The notes beneath the pieces are model-generated. The model had not been told where the DNA came from. It ran no database searches and saw only the letters and a program-made list of their open reading frames with translations. A stretch of DNA of 63,102 bases, filler included, from Diploschistes diacapsis (taxonomy: Eukaryota): assembly GCA_023645945.1 (NCBI GenBank). It is 5 parts of 5 records of this genome, joined end to end, with 100 filler letters (N's around TTAATTAATTAA, not from the genome) between each part and the next. Parts side by side here need not be neighbours in the genome. Positions count along the whole stretch, not along the records: positions 1 to 30,979 come from JALAIB010000122.1; 4 more parts are not named here. The stretch is one strand, 5' to 3'. The position numbers were made by a program, and so were the translations under genes. Below are positions 1 through 11,541 of the stretch, piece after piece (position 1 is the stretch's first letter; the number at the start of each line of letters is the position of its first letter).

Positions 1-25
1 AGGTGGGGGCTGGCGCGGCGGCCAT
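1..25 (-). CDS. Possible 5' end of a gene running off the window (MAAAPAPT...)
   Basis: ATG at 25-23 in CCAACATGG context followed by GC-rich codons; too short to identify. Confidence 0.3.
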
Positions 26-573
26 GTTGGGTTGTCTTTTTGTGCTGGAGGTGCGGTTGCGGGGTAGAGCGTGTGGCTGTCTAGATGGGTCTGCGGAGGA
101 GCGCGACCTGCTTTCGGAGGGATGATGCTGTTGTATTGAAGCGAAGGAATGGCCAGAGCGCATACTAGGTGTTATACCTATTTTTGAAAGCAGAGCGCGA
201 AGGGGGAGGAGAGATCAAAAGGAGCCAGCGCGCGGTTTGTTATTGAAATGGGATAAAAATGTATTATTAATACAGAAGACGAAACTAGCAAGTGAATGTA
301 TCTACGTCCCCATGACTGCGAGTAGTGGTACTTTAAGCAAATACTAGGTAATGATCAAAATCTTTATTGATCTCTGTACTACCTACGGATGCGTGCTGAC
401 GTTTGGGCAATCAAGATGCCGAGAATTGTGTCTTTATATTCCCTTAAAGCTTTTTACACTTCACGAGAACTGTTCAGCTCTAGCTCACCCAGTCGGATAA
501 TACACTTCTATTCCTACCTCGAATTTAATGTGTTATATAGCCATAGCTCATAGCCGTGATGGTTCTTAATCAT

Positions 574-2391
574 TCAATACTCCTCAGCAATTCTTTTAGC
601 ATTTGCCGAAGGCTCCGGCCAGCTCGTCCGTTTTCTAGCCCGCACATAGAAATTCATCGGACGGATGAGCTGAAACTCGGGCTACAAATCGCGGTCAGCA
701 TCAAGAAGGACGTTCATGTTCTCTGAGAAGACGTACATCGTATGTCACGGCCTCTTCGCCCTCCTTGAAGAACTCGTATCGGTACACTAACTCTGGCAAT
801 AGTACCTTGACTTCACCCAGCGCAAAGTTGAATCCGATGCATGATCTCGGTCCCGTACCAAACGGCATATACGAGTTCTTGGGCCGGTTTTTAGTTTCTT
901 CGGAGCCCCAACGATCCGGGATAAAGCGGTCAGGGTTTGACCAGATCTTTGGGTTGTTGTGGATGGCATGAAGGGCGCAAATAACGACCGCTCCGGCAGG
1001 CAGCCTGTAGCCGCCAGGCACAATGCAGTCTACCTTTACTGTTCGGCCCGGCTGAAAAGATGGGTTGTGTAAGCGCTGTGTTTCCTTGACGAATTTATCC
1101 AGGAACGTCAGGCCGTCTGATAGTTCAGGTGTCCATTTGGTCTTCTCACTCACTCCAGCGTCAACGAGCTCCTGGACGAGGCGGTCTTGATTGCCTTCAT
1201 ACACGCACAGACTCAATAGCTATTAACATTGTACTACGCATTGGGACGGGAGTCATCGAAGGATCGGAGCACTTACGAGTAGATCAGCCACGATAGCAGT
1301 GCAGAAGTAGTGGTGAAGCCTGCACCGGAAATGGGCAGCATGTTTGGAATCACAAGCTCGCGCGGTAGCTTGTTGCCCTTGTCGTCTGTCGCCCGCTTAA
1401 GATAGTCGACCACACAGCTCGCTCCTAGAGCTGCCGAGTTCAGTTCGAGATCGGCGTCGGTGTCTCCTTTCGGCGCCTGCTCAATTGCTTCGTTCAAAAT
1501 GGTCCAGAGTCTTTTCTGGATACTCTGTAGCTCATGCGCTGCGGTGTATGGTATCGCTCCCAGCTTCGCATACCAGGATCCTCGAGATGTTACTTTCTTA
1601 TTGAGTGAGAGCGACTGGGCAATGAGGACGACCAACTCGCTCAGACGCGAGTCAGGGCTATCGAAGTGATGAGCATCATAGCCGAGTGCAAACTTGAAGA
1701 CCGTCTGCGAAGCCAACTTGAGCATATACTGGTACACGTTCCACGCCTCATCCTCTTCGTCTAGCTTGTCAAAGACTTTGAAAGAGTCCTTTACCGAGTC
1801 CTGCATCAATGGCGTGTAATGTCTTATCGCTTTTGGAGACATGGAAGGGGGAATGAACTTGTGCGCCTGACGCCAGGCGTCGGTGTCGGTGTCACCAATG
1901 AAAAGGGCTCTATTGTCTTTGACACCAGCCAACGGATGATCGGGCGTAATCAGTTTGCTAAAGAAGGCGGACTCCTGGAAAGCAACGGTGGCGATTGCGG
2001 GATCGTTGGTCAGATAGTTGTTCTTGCCCATGGTATCGTACCTGATGAGCGAGCCATACTTTTGGAACAACCTCGCGTGGTTGCCCAGATGATCCGGGAA
2101 GACTTCATAGTAGCTTCCGACCAATGGCAGGCCTTCCGGTCCGGCTGGATCACGAACGGGTTGGCCATCGACTGCAATTCCTATGTCTTCGTCGCAGTCG
2201 AGCACCGCGTCCAGGTCTTCGAGAATCGAAGCGTTAGAATCCTGGAAACTAATGCCATTAGGATCAATGATATTATACGTGCCGGCAACTGCGAGTTGGA
2301 GGGCCTCGAGGTCGTGGTATGGATCTATATGGATGTCCTCCCTGTAGACGTCCTTGCTTTGCCCGATCAGATAGAAAGACTTGATAGTCAT
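574..2391 (-). CDS. Cytochrome P450, no N-terminal TM anchor, CYP540-like; exons 2391-1277, 1211-737, 681-574
   Basis: I-helix GAGFTTT, ETQR (ExxR), PDRW, heme motif FGTGPRSCIG; GTAAGT and GTACGT donors restore a continuous frame ending ...RIAEEY*. Confidence 0.93.
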
Positions 2392-2951
2392 ACTTGAAAG
2401 TACGCGGAGATTTGGAAGGATAGGGGGAAGATAACAGGAATACTAATATACTTGGATTGGTAATACCTGCGTGTCTGGATCTACTGATCCTCAAGCCTGA
2501 TCATCTGCAGGTGGCGGTTCCGGGCTTCCCGATACTTTTCTGATTTCTGAATATTATATATCGCACATTGTTGCGAGATCCATGAATATTGTCAGAATGA
2601 CGCGAAATCCCCAAGTTCTCGCACAAGTTATGAGCCGAGGTTAACACTTGACTACTTCCTACAAGGCAGTCTTCCGAGGCTATTACCCAAGAACTATAAT
2701 GCAGCGCTGCACTGCATCAGAAAAACCCTCACCCCTCATAACACACAATCGGCTGGTATCTACCTTTTACCATGACGCTGGCAGGGTGTAAGGTGCATAC
2801 ATCTACATAGACAGGCTCGAGGTAAGCCTGGTAGCTCTCCGAACCTCGCCCTGCTTTTCTCGCCCCCCAGCACCTGCTGTTTGTTCCCTGCACTGTCTCT
2901 CTGTCCAGCTTGCTTCACCGTGCAGCACAGTAAAACCAGGAGCCCTTCAAT

Positions 2952-4346
2952 ATGGCTCCGACAACGAGAGAAACCCCGGCCAGCAGCGAAGGTGTCTACA
3001 GCCTCGTGGAGGTGAGTAAACACAACAATGCCAAAGATATCTGGGTCGCTATGTGGAACCACGTCTACGATGTGACCTCGTATCAAGAGGACCATCCCGG
3101 AGGCAAGGAGTTTCTCATTGAGAACGCCGGCATGGACGCTACTACAGCCTACGAGGATATTGGCCATTCGACAGATGCGCGGGAGATCCTCGAGACTTTC
3201 CGCATCGGCAGGATTGCGGATGAGGACTGGGCGGACTATAGCACGAAGAAAATACCTGATGTCACGCCCTCTAGCACACACATCGTGAATAATCTTCCAC
3301 CGCCCAAGAGCTACAGCTATCATATTCCTCTAATAAGTGCTGGTTTGCTGTCTACAGTTCTGGCCGTCGTGTTGGGAAGACAATTTTCGAACGTGATGCA
3401 CCGTTTGCAAAGCGGAGGCTTCTGGAAAGGCTTCGCTCTTTCCTCCTTGGCCAGTCTTTCGTTCGCCTTGCTCGCAAGTCAATGGGCGGTCAGGAATCTC
3501 AACATTGCCCATCGTGACTTTCAGTCTTACCCCGCTCATTTCAAGTCTAAGCAATCTGTGTCGAGGCGTCCTGTCAAGAAAGACATCAACCTCGGCGTAT
3601 TGAATGCGCGAGAATATCAGCCGTTCCCCCTCGTCAAGAAGTATGCATTATCACATGACACCTATCGCTTTGTATTTGGACTGCCTCACGAGAATTCTGT
3701 CCTCGGATTGCCGACAGGCCAGCACATTGCCATCAGACACGAGGTCAACGGGAAGCAAATCGCCAGGTCTTACACACCAACCTCTAGTAATAAGGACCTC
3801 GGGCGTTTGGAGCTCACGATCAAGATCTATCCAGGTGGTATGCTGACTCCTTACCTAAAGAGTCTCAACATCGGGGATATGGTGGAGATCAGAGGGCCAA
3901 AAGGCGAGATGAAGTATCACAAGAACCTGGTCAAAGAGTTGGGTATGATCGCCGGAGGGACCGGAATCACACCCATGTTCCAGATCGTCAGACGTATCTG
4001 TGAGGACTCTTGGGACGACACGAAGATGAGCCTGCTATATGGGAACAAGACGGAAAAGGATATCCTGCTAAGAGAAGAGCTCGAGAACTTAGCCAAGGCC
4101 CACTCTGAACAGCTGCAGATCTATCATGTCCTCAGTGAACCGCCGGAGGGATGGCAGCAAGGCTCAGGCCGCATCGACAAGAACCTGATCAAGGAGCGTC
4201 TTCCTGCTCCGGCAGGGGATGAGACTAAAGTGCTAGTATGCGGCCCTGACGGTATGATGATTGCAATGAGGGATACTTTGATGGATCTTGGCTTCAAGAA
4301 GCCTAGCAATATCTCCCATCCACGAGACGAGATCTTCATGTTTTGA
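2952..4346 (+). CDS. Cytochrome b5 / NADH-cytochrome b5 reductase natural fusion
   Basis: b5 heme motif HPGG plus GHS; two hydrophobic segments; FAD motif RSYTPTS, NADH motifs GGTGITPM and CGP; intronless 464 aa. Confidence 0.95.
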   Translation: MAPTTRETPASSEGVYSLVEVSKHNNAKDIWVAMWNHVYDVTSYQEDHPGGKEFLIENAGMDATTAYEDIGHSTDAREILETFRIGRIADEDWADYSTKKIPDVTPSSTHIVNNLPPPKSYSYHIPLISAGLLSTVLAVVLGRQFSNVMHRLQSGGFWKGFALSSLASLSFALLASQWAVRNLNIAHRDFQSYPAHFKSKQSVSRRPVKKDINLGVLNAREYQPFPLVKKYALSHDTYRFVFGLPHENSVLGLPTGQHIAIRHEVNGKQIARSYTPTSSNKDLGRLELTIKIYPGGMLTPYLKSLNIGDMVEIRGPKGEMKYHKNLVKELGMIAGGTGITPMFQIVRRICEDSWDDTKMSLLYGNKTEKDILLREELENLAKAHSEQLQIYHVLSEPPEGWQQGSGRIDKNLIKERLPAPAGDETKVLVCGPDGMMIAMRDTLMDLGFKKPSNISHPRDEIFMF

Positions 4347-5274
4347 TCGCCGGATGCAAACCTTGGAGTGTGGAAATAGCACAAGACAAGGAGCTTGCGG
4401 CACGACGAGCATCATTACTGGGTACAGAATCGCAAGCGTTGAGAACAGGGCACCTTAGCGACTCATGGTTACACGACCGAATCGACTTGCAACGCTATAT
4501 TCGGATCTCCATACACGGAATATCTCCATACAGTCCTGTATATAATAAACACTCCCTCTATCGAAGTCGAAAAGCTGTCGAATATTATTAGCATGCGAGA
4601 TATGAATATTTTCTTCGCTGAAATCTGTTGAACCACCCCTCTTCGCCCCTATTGATTTACCTCGCATTCATTTCCGGCGAAGCACACAAACTTCGGTACT
4701 ACTCCACTTAACCATCAGCAAGTTGGAGGGTGTCGAGCTATCCGGAAGAGCGGATATTTACCCAGCGATGGTTCTAAATCAAGCAAGGGCTCGACTAAGC
4801 CATGGATGATCTACGACGGAGGCTACCTACTTCTACGACGGCCAAATTAGTGTTGAAGCTGGGGGGCACTAGGACTGCTTGAAAATTGAGTTAGAGATTT
4901 CAACATGGAGCGGTTCGAATGAAAGTGAACAATGCGTTATCCATCACCATTTATGGCACTGGAACATGTTATGTAAGCATGCATTCTTGTGTACAAACTG
5001 ATGTTAATGTTGATCAATCAAGTGGAAACCACCGGAATACCGTTCAACTTGTACCCCGGATTGACCGTGAAGAAGTATCAAGGCAGACCTGCGGAAGCCC
5101 TGAGTGCCGTGGCTTTCGCCGCTATGACTCGCCTAAGGCGACCTTGTCTGGCTTCTTAAAGCTTCGTATAACATGCTGTAGCAGAATCTTTTAATAGATA
5201 CAAGCACACACCATCCTCTTCACCAGGTTGATGCGTTGATCATTGTTAGGTTCTCCATTCTCAGAGCTGGTCGA

Positions 5275-5807
5275 TCATTCATCCTCGGGTGCGTCCTCGC
5301 TTTTTTGGTTTTCTCTCGGCTCCTGGTAACCTAATGCCGTCGCATATGCTCCTCCCCTGCTCTGGTGTCCCTCTAACGAGCGCTGGAAAGATCTTGCAAG
5401 CGTTTCTTTCGAGCTCATGCCTGGGCTCTGGTCTGGGCCCAGGCTTAGGGTTGGGGTGCCGGGGACAAGTGCCCGACTCTTTGCTCTGCCACGCTCACTT
5501 GACGATGTTCCGGGTACATTCAAGCTCTCTCTGGCCTTGCTTCCCACCATTTCGGGTTCTCGATCGGGATATTCCAAGTTGTTCGATCCAGAACCTTCAC
5601 CTTTTGGACATCAGCGCATATAAGTTCTGGAAAGGGAAAAGACGTACCTTGCTCAGAAACTGAAGATGGGGGTATGAGCGACTTGCTTCGGTTCCTACGA
5701 TGCTTGCTGGTGGAGGACACGGATACATTTGAGCTTAGGTAGGCCCTATTTTCTGGCTTCTTCAGGACCGGATTGACATCCTCTTTATTCCGAGGCCTAG
5801 AGCCCAT
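5275..5807 (-). CDS. Hypothetical low-complexity protein (possibly degenerate), intron 5647-5601
   Basis: GTACGT...GCTGAT...AAG intron joins the 5520-5870 and 5275-5577 ORFs in frame; no recognisable domain. Confidence 0.3.
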
Positions 5808-7694
5808 GCTGAATAGAAATGTGTGTAGAAAGGGGCTCTGAAGGTAATGGATAGTCTGGAAGAATAGCACAAAAGGAGGTAAGGCAGATATCAGGTGGAA
5901 CTGTTAGGTGTTTGAATACTTGTTATGGAGTAAAGCTTTAACAGGCCCCCTATGTTTGATGCGATAGAAGATGGAGATGAAGAAAGGTAAGTAAAGGAAA
6001 GAAGGAAAGAGCAAATTGGAGAGTAAACTGTATAACTATTGATGTGTGACAGATCTTACCCAGGACTCATCTTTTAGACGATATAATTCGACTTGTACAC
6101 GCCTTATCAGCGAGTTACAACGTTATGTCTTTGGAGATAACTTTCTTCAGCATGGTGTGAAAGCTCTGTTTGACCGTGCTTGACAGACCACCATAGAGCC
6201 TACACTGCAAACGAGAATGAAGCTTTTCTTAAAGGCTGACAACATCTCAAACGCCTTATAGAAAAGGGGTAGAGCAATCCACTCATGTAAGTTACTTTGT
6301 AAGCCCCTTCTGGGGAGAAAGTCATTTTTGCCCATTTTGTTTGAATTTCTATCCTTCATGTTTGAAAAGAAGCCATTTCAAAGCCTGTTGGCAATCAACA
6401 ATGCTGTCACAGGACGAGGTTCTTCCCATGTGTCTGCGTCACGGCAAAGGCTACCACTTACTGGCACGCCATCGTAGTCGTCACCAACATCTCTTTTCCC
6501 GTCTGTTGAAGCCATGCTAGACTACCTGTTTATGTATGAAGTTAACAACGTCCATTGTTTCAAGCGTTTCGGCGGGAATTTCGTTGTCAAGCTTTGGTAT
6601 TCTCTTGAAGCTGGCAATACGAATCTTGGTGCAATACATGCCTGACCGTCAAAACGTATCATTACTTCGGAGGCCCTACCTTACATGGTTCAACGCACCA
6701 GAAATGTACACAACGCAGCGCCTGTCAATACTATAATACGCCAGGCTACTGTAATGTCCAGTCCCAAGGTGAGAGTTACTGCATGACGCAGATCCCAGGA
6801 GGATCTATCCCAACCCTTGAAGCTCCCCTGGAATACTGTTACTATTACATTGTCTCGCTGTGGGCATTCACCGCCTACCAATTCAGTGGCCGACTGCGAG
6901 GCGACGAGCGCTCATCCAGTGGACCAGCTTGCCAATTCCAGCATCATCCCCTTCGTTTCGTATACTCACAAGAGCCCGGCAACACACATGCCCAAAAAAA
7001 ACTTAGCCATATCCGGAACTTTTCTACCAGCATATCGACCTCCGCGACCGTCTCGCACGGGCTTCCCCTCTTCGCGGACAACGTCGTCGGGACTCTGCCC
7101 GTTCGGAGGCGCCCGTCTCCTTTACCAAGAATCGAATTAGGCATGGGCTCCAATAGACGTTGATAGTTGTGGAGGCTCGGCCAACACGTTTGCTCTAGAC
7201 GGCCAGAAACTTCGATTAACGCAGCGTGTGGCCTGCAGGCGTGGCGTCGAAGATTGTGGCCTCGTATGAGGGGGGCTCTTCACCTGCTGCTTCGAGAGTT
7301 CGGCAAAGGCCGTTGCCTCGTCGATGCCTGGAATGTTGCTACGGTGTCGGCGGCAGCTTCCCATAAGCTGTTGAGCACTGTTTTGGCCTGCGGACAGAAA
7401 AGCCTGGGATGAAAGGAGGTGATGACTGCGAGTTGAAAGGGAACCTAGCTGCAATTTCCGGAAAGCAGGGCTCTCGGAGTAGAGGTAAGGCTGTAGGGAA
7501 GGAGTTAAGAAGTCTGTTCAAATTAAAAGATTATCCAGTTTGTCATTACAGCACATTGGTATGATCAGCACTAATTTCAGTTATCTACATGACTGCATAT
7601 CCAATCAAGCTTAACCTGACAGGCATCTTCGGTAAAGATACAGAAAAATGATATAGTCGCCCATAGTGGGATAACAAGTTATACTCGAGCCCCC

Positions 7695-8807
7695 TCAGCC
7701 CTGTTGCCACAGTTTAGTCGCCTTGCCCTCCAGACTAACGCCATCCAGCTCTTTGATCTCATCGTTGGTGAGCCTCCAGCCCAGCGCCGCCAGATTATCC
7801 TTCGCCTGCTTCGACTTCCTGATGCCGACGACCGGCAAGATACCCTTGCATATGTTATAGTTGAGCGCAACGGCGCTGACGGGCTTTTCACGGCGGGCTG
7901 CGATGGACTTGAGCACAGCAAGCGTGGGCTCGAGATCCTTCATCGGATAGGAGCTGAAGCGGTAGCTCTTGGGCGGCTCATTCTCGGCGTCGTACTTGCC
8001 CGACAAGCGGCCCTGAGCGAGAGAGGAGTAGGACTGGAAGTGGATTCCCCTTTCGCGGCACGCGCGGAGGAGGTCGCTTGTCTCGGGCAGGCGCCGCAGG
8101 ATGCTGAACTCGCACTGGTTCGTGGCGAGCGGGATGCCGTATTTGCTCAGCTCGTCGGCCATGTGGATCATGTCCTCTTCACTGTAGTTGGCCACGCCGA
8201 CCGTCTTGGTCATGCCGCTTTCGACGCACTCCGCCAGGCCCTTGGCCACTTGCTTGATGCTGCTGACGTGGATGGGACCGTGCACGAGATAGCTGTCGAT
8301 CTGGTCGATGCCCATACGGTCGAGAGACTCGCGCAGCATCTTGGCTGGCGCTTTAGAGGGCGAGAAGAGGTTAGTGGCGTTGTCGGGCACGACGTACCAT
8401 TTGGTTTGAATTTGGTACGAGTTGCGAGGCAGGCCCTTGATGAGATCGCCGATGATGCGCTCTGACTCGCCGCTTCCGTAGGCTTGTGCGGTGTCGATCC
8501 AGCCTTGGCCGGCTTCGACGACCATCTTCCAGGCTTCTTTCAGCGCGGGAAGCTCCTCGGGCGACCAGTGCCATGTAGCTTTGTCGCCCCACGACCAGGC
8601 GCCCCAAGATAGGTATGGCATTTCGACATTGCTGTGCTTCCCCTTGAATATCACACGGGATGATGCGTTCGGAACGAAATCTTGGGGAATGGCGATGGCT
8701 AGGCCATCAAATGATGGATCAACGCCATTAGTCTTTTTGTTATGAATGCCCTCGGTGGCGGAGAGGCCAGAGCTTAGAGCAGCTTGAAGGACGTGTTGTT
8801 CTGGCAT
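7695..8807 (-). CDS. Aldo-keto reductase (intronless)
   Basis: IDTAQAYGSGESE, catalytic TK, GVANY, NQCEFS, YSSLAQGRL. Confidence 0.93.
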   Translation of the reverse strand: MPEQHVLQAALSSGLSATEGIHNKKTNGVDPSFDGLAIAIPQDFVPNASSRVIFKGKHSNVEMPYLSWGAWSWGDKATWHWSPEELPALKEAWKMVVEAGQGWIDTAQAYGSGESERIIGDLIKGLPRNSYQIQTKWYVVPDNATNLFSPSKAPAKMLRESLDRMGIDQIDSYLVHGPIHVSSIKQVAKGLAECVESGMTKTVGVANYSEEDMIHMADELSKYGIPLATNQCEFSILRRLPETSDLLRACRERGIHFQSYSSLAQGRLSGKYDAENEPPKSYRFSSYPMKDLEPTLAVLKSIAARREKPVSAVALNYNICKGILPVVGIRKSKQAKDNLAALGWRLTNDEIKELDGVSLEGKATKLWQQG

Positions 8808-9666
8808 AGTTTTCGGACATTAACAAACTATCAATGCCAGACCAACGAGCTCGATAGCAGCTGAGCGAGTAATAAAATTAAGAATTGCAGAATAAGTAAT
8901 CCAGATATTCATTCTCTAGCAAACCTATATATTCGGTATTGCGTGTTAGGGTATTCTGGGAGCTCGTCGTCATAGACGCACAAGCAACTACAAACCATGT
9001 CTGCTGATTTCGCACGCCTCCTTCTTCCTTTACCGACAAGGATATGGAAGATCATAGCAGCAACAGCGACTATTACTGAAGGATGTCTGTTATCAGTACT
9101 GGCAGGCGAAGAAAGAACCTGGTTGGCCTTCAGTGTCTAGAGTCACTCAATTGTCAACAGACTCGTTACTATGGGGCAGAGTGTACACTGCTGGGGACTT
9201 CCTTCCCACCGCTGATGCACCTTGTGGGCACGTTTAAAGGTGGATAGATATGTAGCTTCCGGCACCCTGGGAAAATCTCAGTAGAGAAAGGAGAATCTAT
9301 GATTCGGCTTGCCTCGTACGATATTGTACCTTGTAAAGTTGCATGTGTGTGTGTGTGTGTGTTTGTTTGTTTGTTCTGCCGAGTTCTGAATGACATCATG
9401 TTGAGCCTTCTTGTTTACTCATTTCTTCCCATATGTATCCAACACCCGATAATGCACGAGACCGAAGCAACGTAGACCTAAAACACCTATTAATTTTTGA
9501 GGCGAGATGTTCTGATAGGTAGGTAGGTAGCGTGTTTCTCTGAAGTGTTTGAATATTCTACCCTTTTCGTGGTAATGCTTTGCCGGTCTGCCTATGCTTC
9601 ACCAAGGCATCCCCCAAATTTCATATAAATTCAACAACAGAGATACCTTGCATTGCTTCTATGTGC

Positions 9667-11004
9667 CTAAGCCCCCTCCTCCTTTGTGTCCAATAAACCA
9701 CTATGTCCAGTCGGGTTACGGTGGCCAACAATCTCCGCATTCTCCACAAACTTCCTGATTTCTGCTTCATCCTCATCACTTAGTACAACGTCCAGCGCTC
9801 CCCAGTTCTCCTCCAAATACTTGATCTTCTTCGTTCCCGGGATCGGGATTATATCATTCCCCTGCTTCAGCAACCATGCCAGCGCCAGCTGGCTCGTGGT
9901 GCACCCTCTTTTTTCCGCGAGCGCCGCGAATTGGCTTACCAGCTTCATATTGGCGTCGCGGTTCTCCTCCATCAGCCGGGGGAAGAACTTTGTGCGCAAG
10001 TCCGTAGAGTCGGTGCCAAAGGAACCTTGCTGGAAGGTCGTCGTCAGGAGACCGCGGCCCAAGGGCGAATAGCAAACGACGGCGACACCGAGCTCACGGC
10101 AGGTTTGGAGGAGGTTAGTGCCCTCAGCGCGCTCGATATCGAGGACGAAAGCGGAGTACTCCACTTGCACAGCGGCGACGGGGTGTATCTTATGGGCGCG
10201 CCGGAGGGTGGCAGAACTCACTTCTGAGAGGCCAATATGTTTGATTTTGCCTTCACTGGACGGGAGACTTAGGCATCGGCATTTGATACTTGGGACTGGT
10301 GAAGCTTACGCTTTGAGTTCGCCAAGGGCCCGCATAGTTTCCTCAATAGGGGTCTCGGGATTTACGTGGTGGACGTAATCTATGAGGAATTTTGATAAGT
10401 GTTTGCCAAAGGTAGCGCATTGACGAGCACTGATGAGAGTGATCATATCAGGAACCACGCTAGGCTGAGTGATGTACGCAACCATCACAGAAGAGCTTCT
10501 TGATGAGCGCAGCAACAGCCCTAGAAGTCAATACAGTCCAAGAGGCAACTTACAAAGGTCAATGTAGTCGATGCCCAGAGTCTTGAGGCTCTTTTCACAA
10601 GCTTGTTTGCAGTACTCGGCAGAGCTGTTAAACTCCGGCTTGGTCATGACGCTGGGGGCCACAATGAATCCAAATTTGGTCGCGAGGAAGACATCTTCTC
10701 TCTTTCCTGTGCGCTGGAACCACTTGGCCAGAAGTTCTTCACTATCAGCATACAAACTTGAATCATCCGATCGTCAGCAAAGTCTTCGGCCACGATTGGT
10801 GGGCATGGTTTGGATTCCCTACTCGGAACTGTCCCACATCGTGGCACCCAACTCAGCGGCACGGTCAAGAACCTTGAGGCGCTCCTCGGTGCTGCCGACC
10901 GCTCCATATTGCAGTATAGATAGGCCCATAAGGCCGAAGCCCAAGGCTGGCACCATGGGACCATCTTTACCCAGCTTGCGAAGGGGAATAGGTTTGCTGG
11001 ACAT
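9667..11004 (-). CDS. Aldo-keto reductase (YakC/AKR13-like); exons 11004-10823, 10756-10554, 10379-10310, 10255-9667
   Basis: LGFGLMG, WDSSDLY, FLATKFG, IDLYYVH, IGLSE, QVEYS, YSPLGRG, IPGT; three GT-AG introns in frame. Confidence 0.93.
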
Positions 11005-11541
11005 GTTGGCTAAAAAGTCTAGGAATGAGAGTGTACGAGGTACTCAAGAATGTACCAAAGTATAGCTATATATCTCGGGGAAGAGTCTGTGGTCCTCAGC
11101 TCAGAGGAGGGGAGCGAGATATTTATACCTCGAGCTCTCAGCAGGCATGACTGGAGTATCCCCCTTCGGAACCAGTTCACGTCTCATTGTCCGATAACAC
11201 CAATTTGGAACCTAGTAGAGGCTCCTGCCATTGCAACACAATACATATATCTGCCGTCTTCTTGAGTAATCTAGGGGTTGATCTGATGCTTATTTTATGG
11301 CAGTGTTAAGGAGTGCTCCACCGAGACTTGGCACACGCTGCTTAACCAATGAGAGTGAGCGGAATCCGAGCTACCCAATCACAGTCGATGTTCGCTGCTT
11401 ACACGTTCGAACGACCTCAGCTTCCTTCACTTTGGCGTGCATGTACCTAGTCGGTATGTTTTTCTCGCACCTTATATGAAATCAAAACTCCTTAGTATCC
11501 CATTACCATGGCATCCTTTTACTTAAGTGTATCCTACTTCC

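Noticed and set aside
6640..7412. Short ORFs including a Cys/Tyr-rich frame
   Set aside because: No recognisable domain or consistent splice model; possibly a relic
7648..7662. GATATAGTC resembling the group I intron S element
   Set aside because: No convincing P/Q/R elements or host gene
7704..8465. 253-aa plus-strand ORF
   Set aside because: Antisense shadow of the GC3-rich AKR; the same applies to shadows over GH72, the carrier and RNH202
10380..10553. Long AKR intron as a possible nested intron (stwintron)
   Set aside because: The internal TAG would give only a 33-nt intron and no new donor
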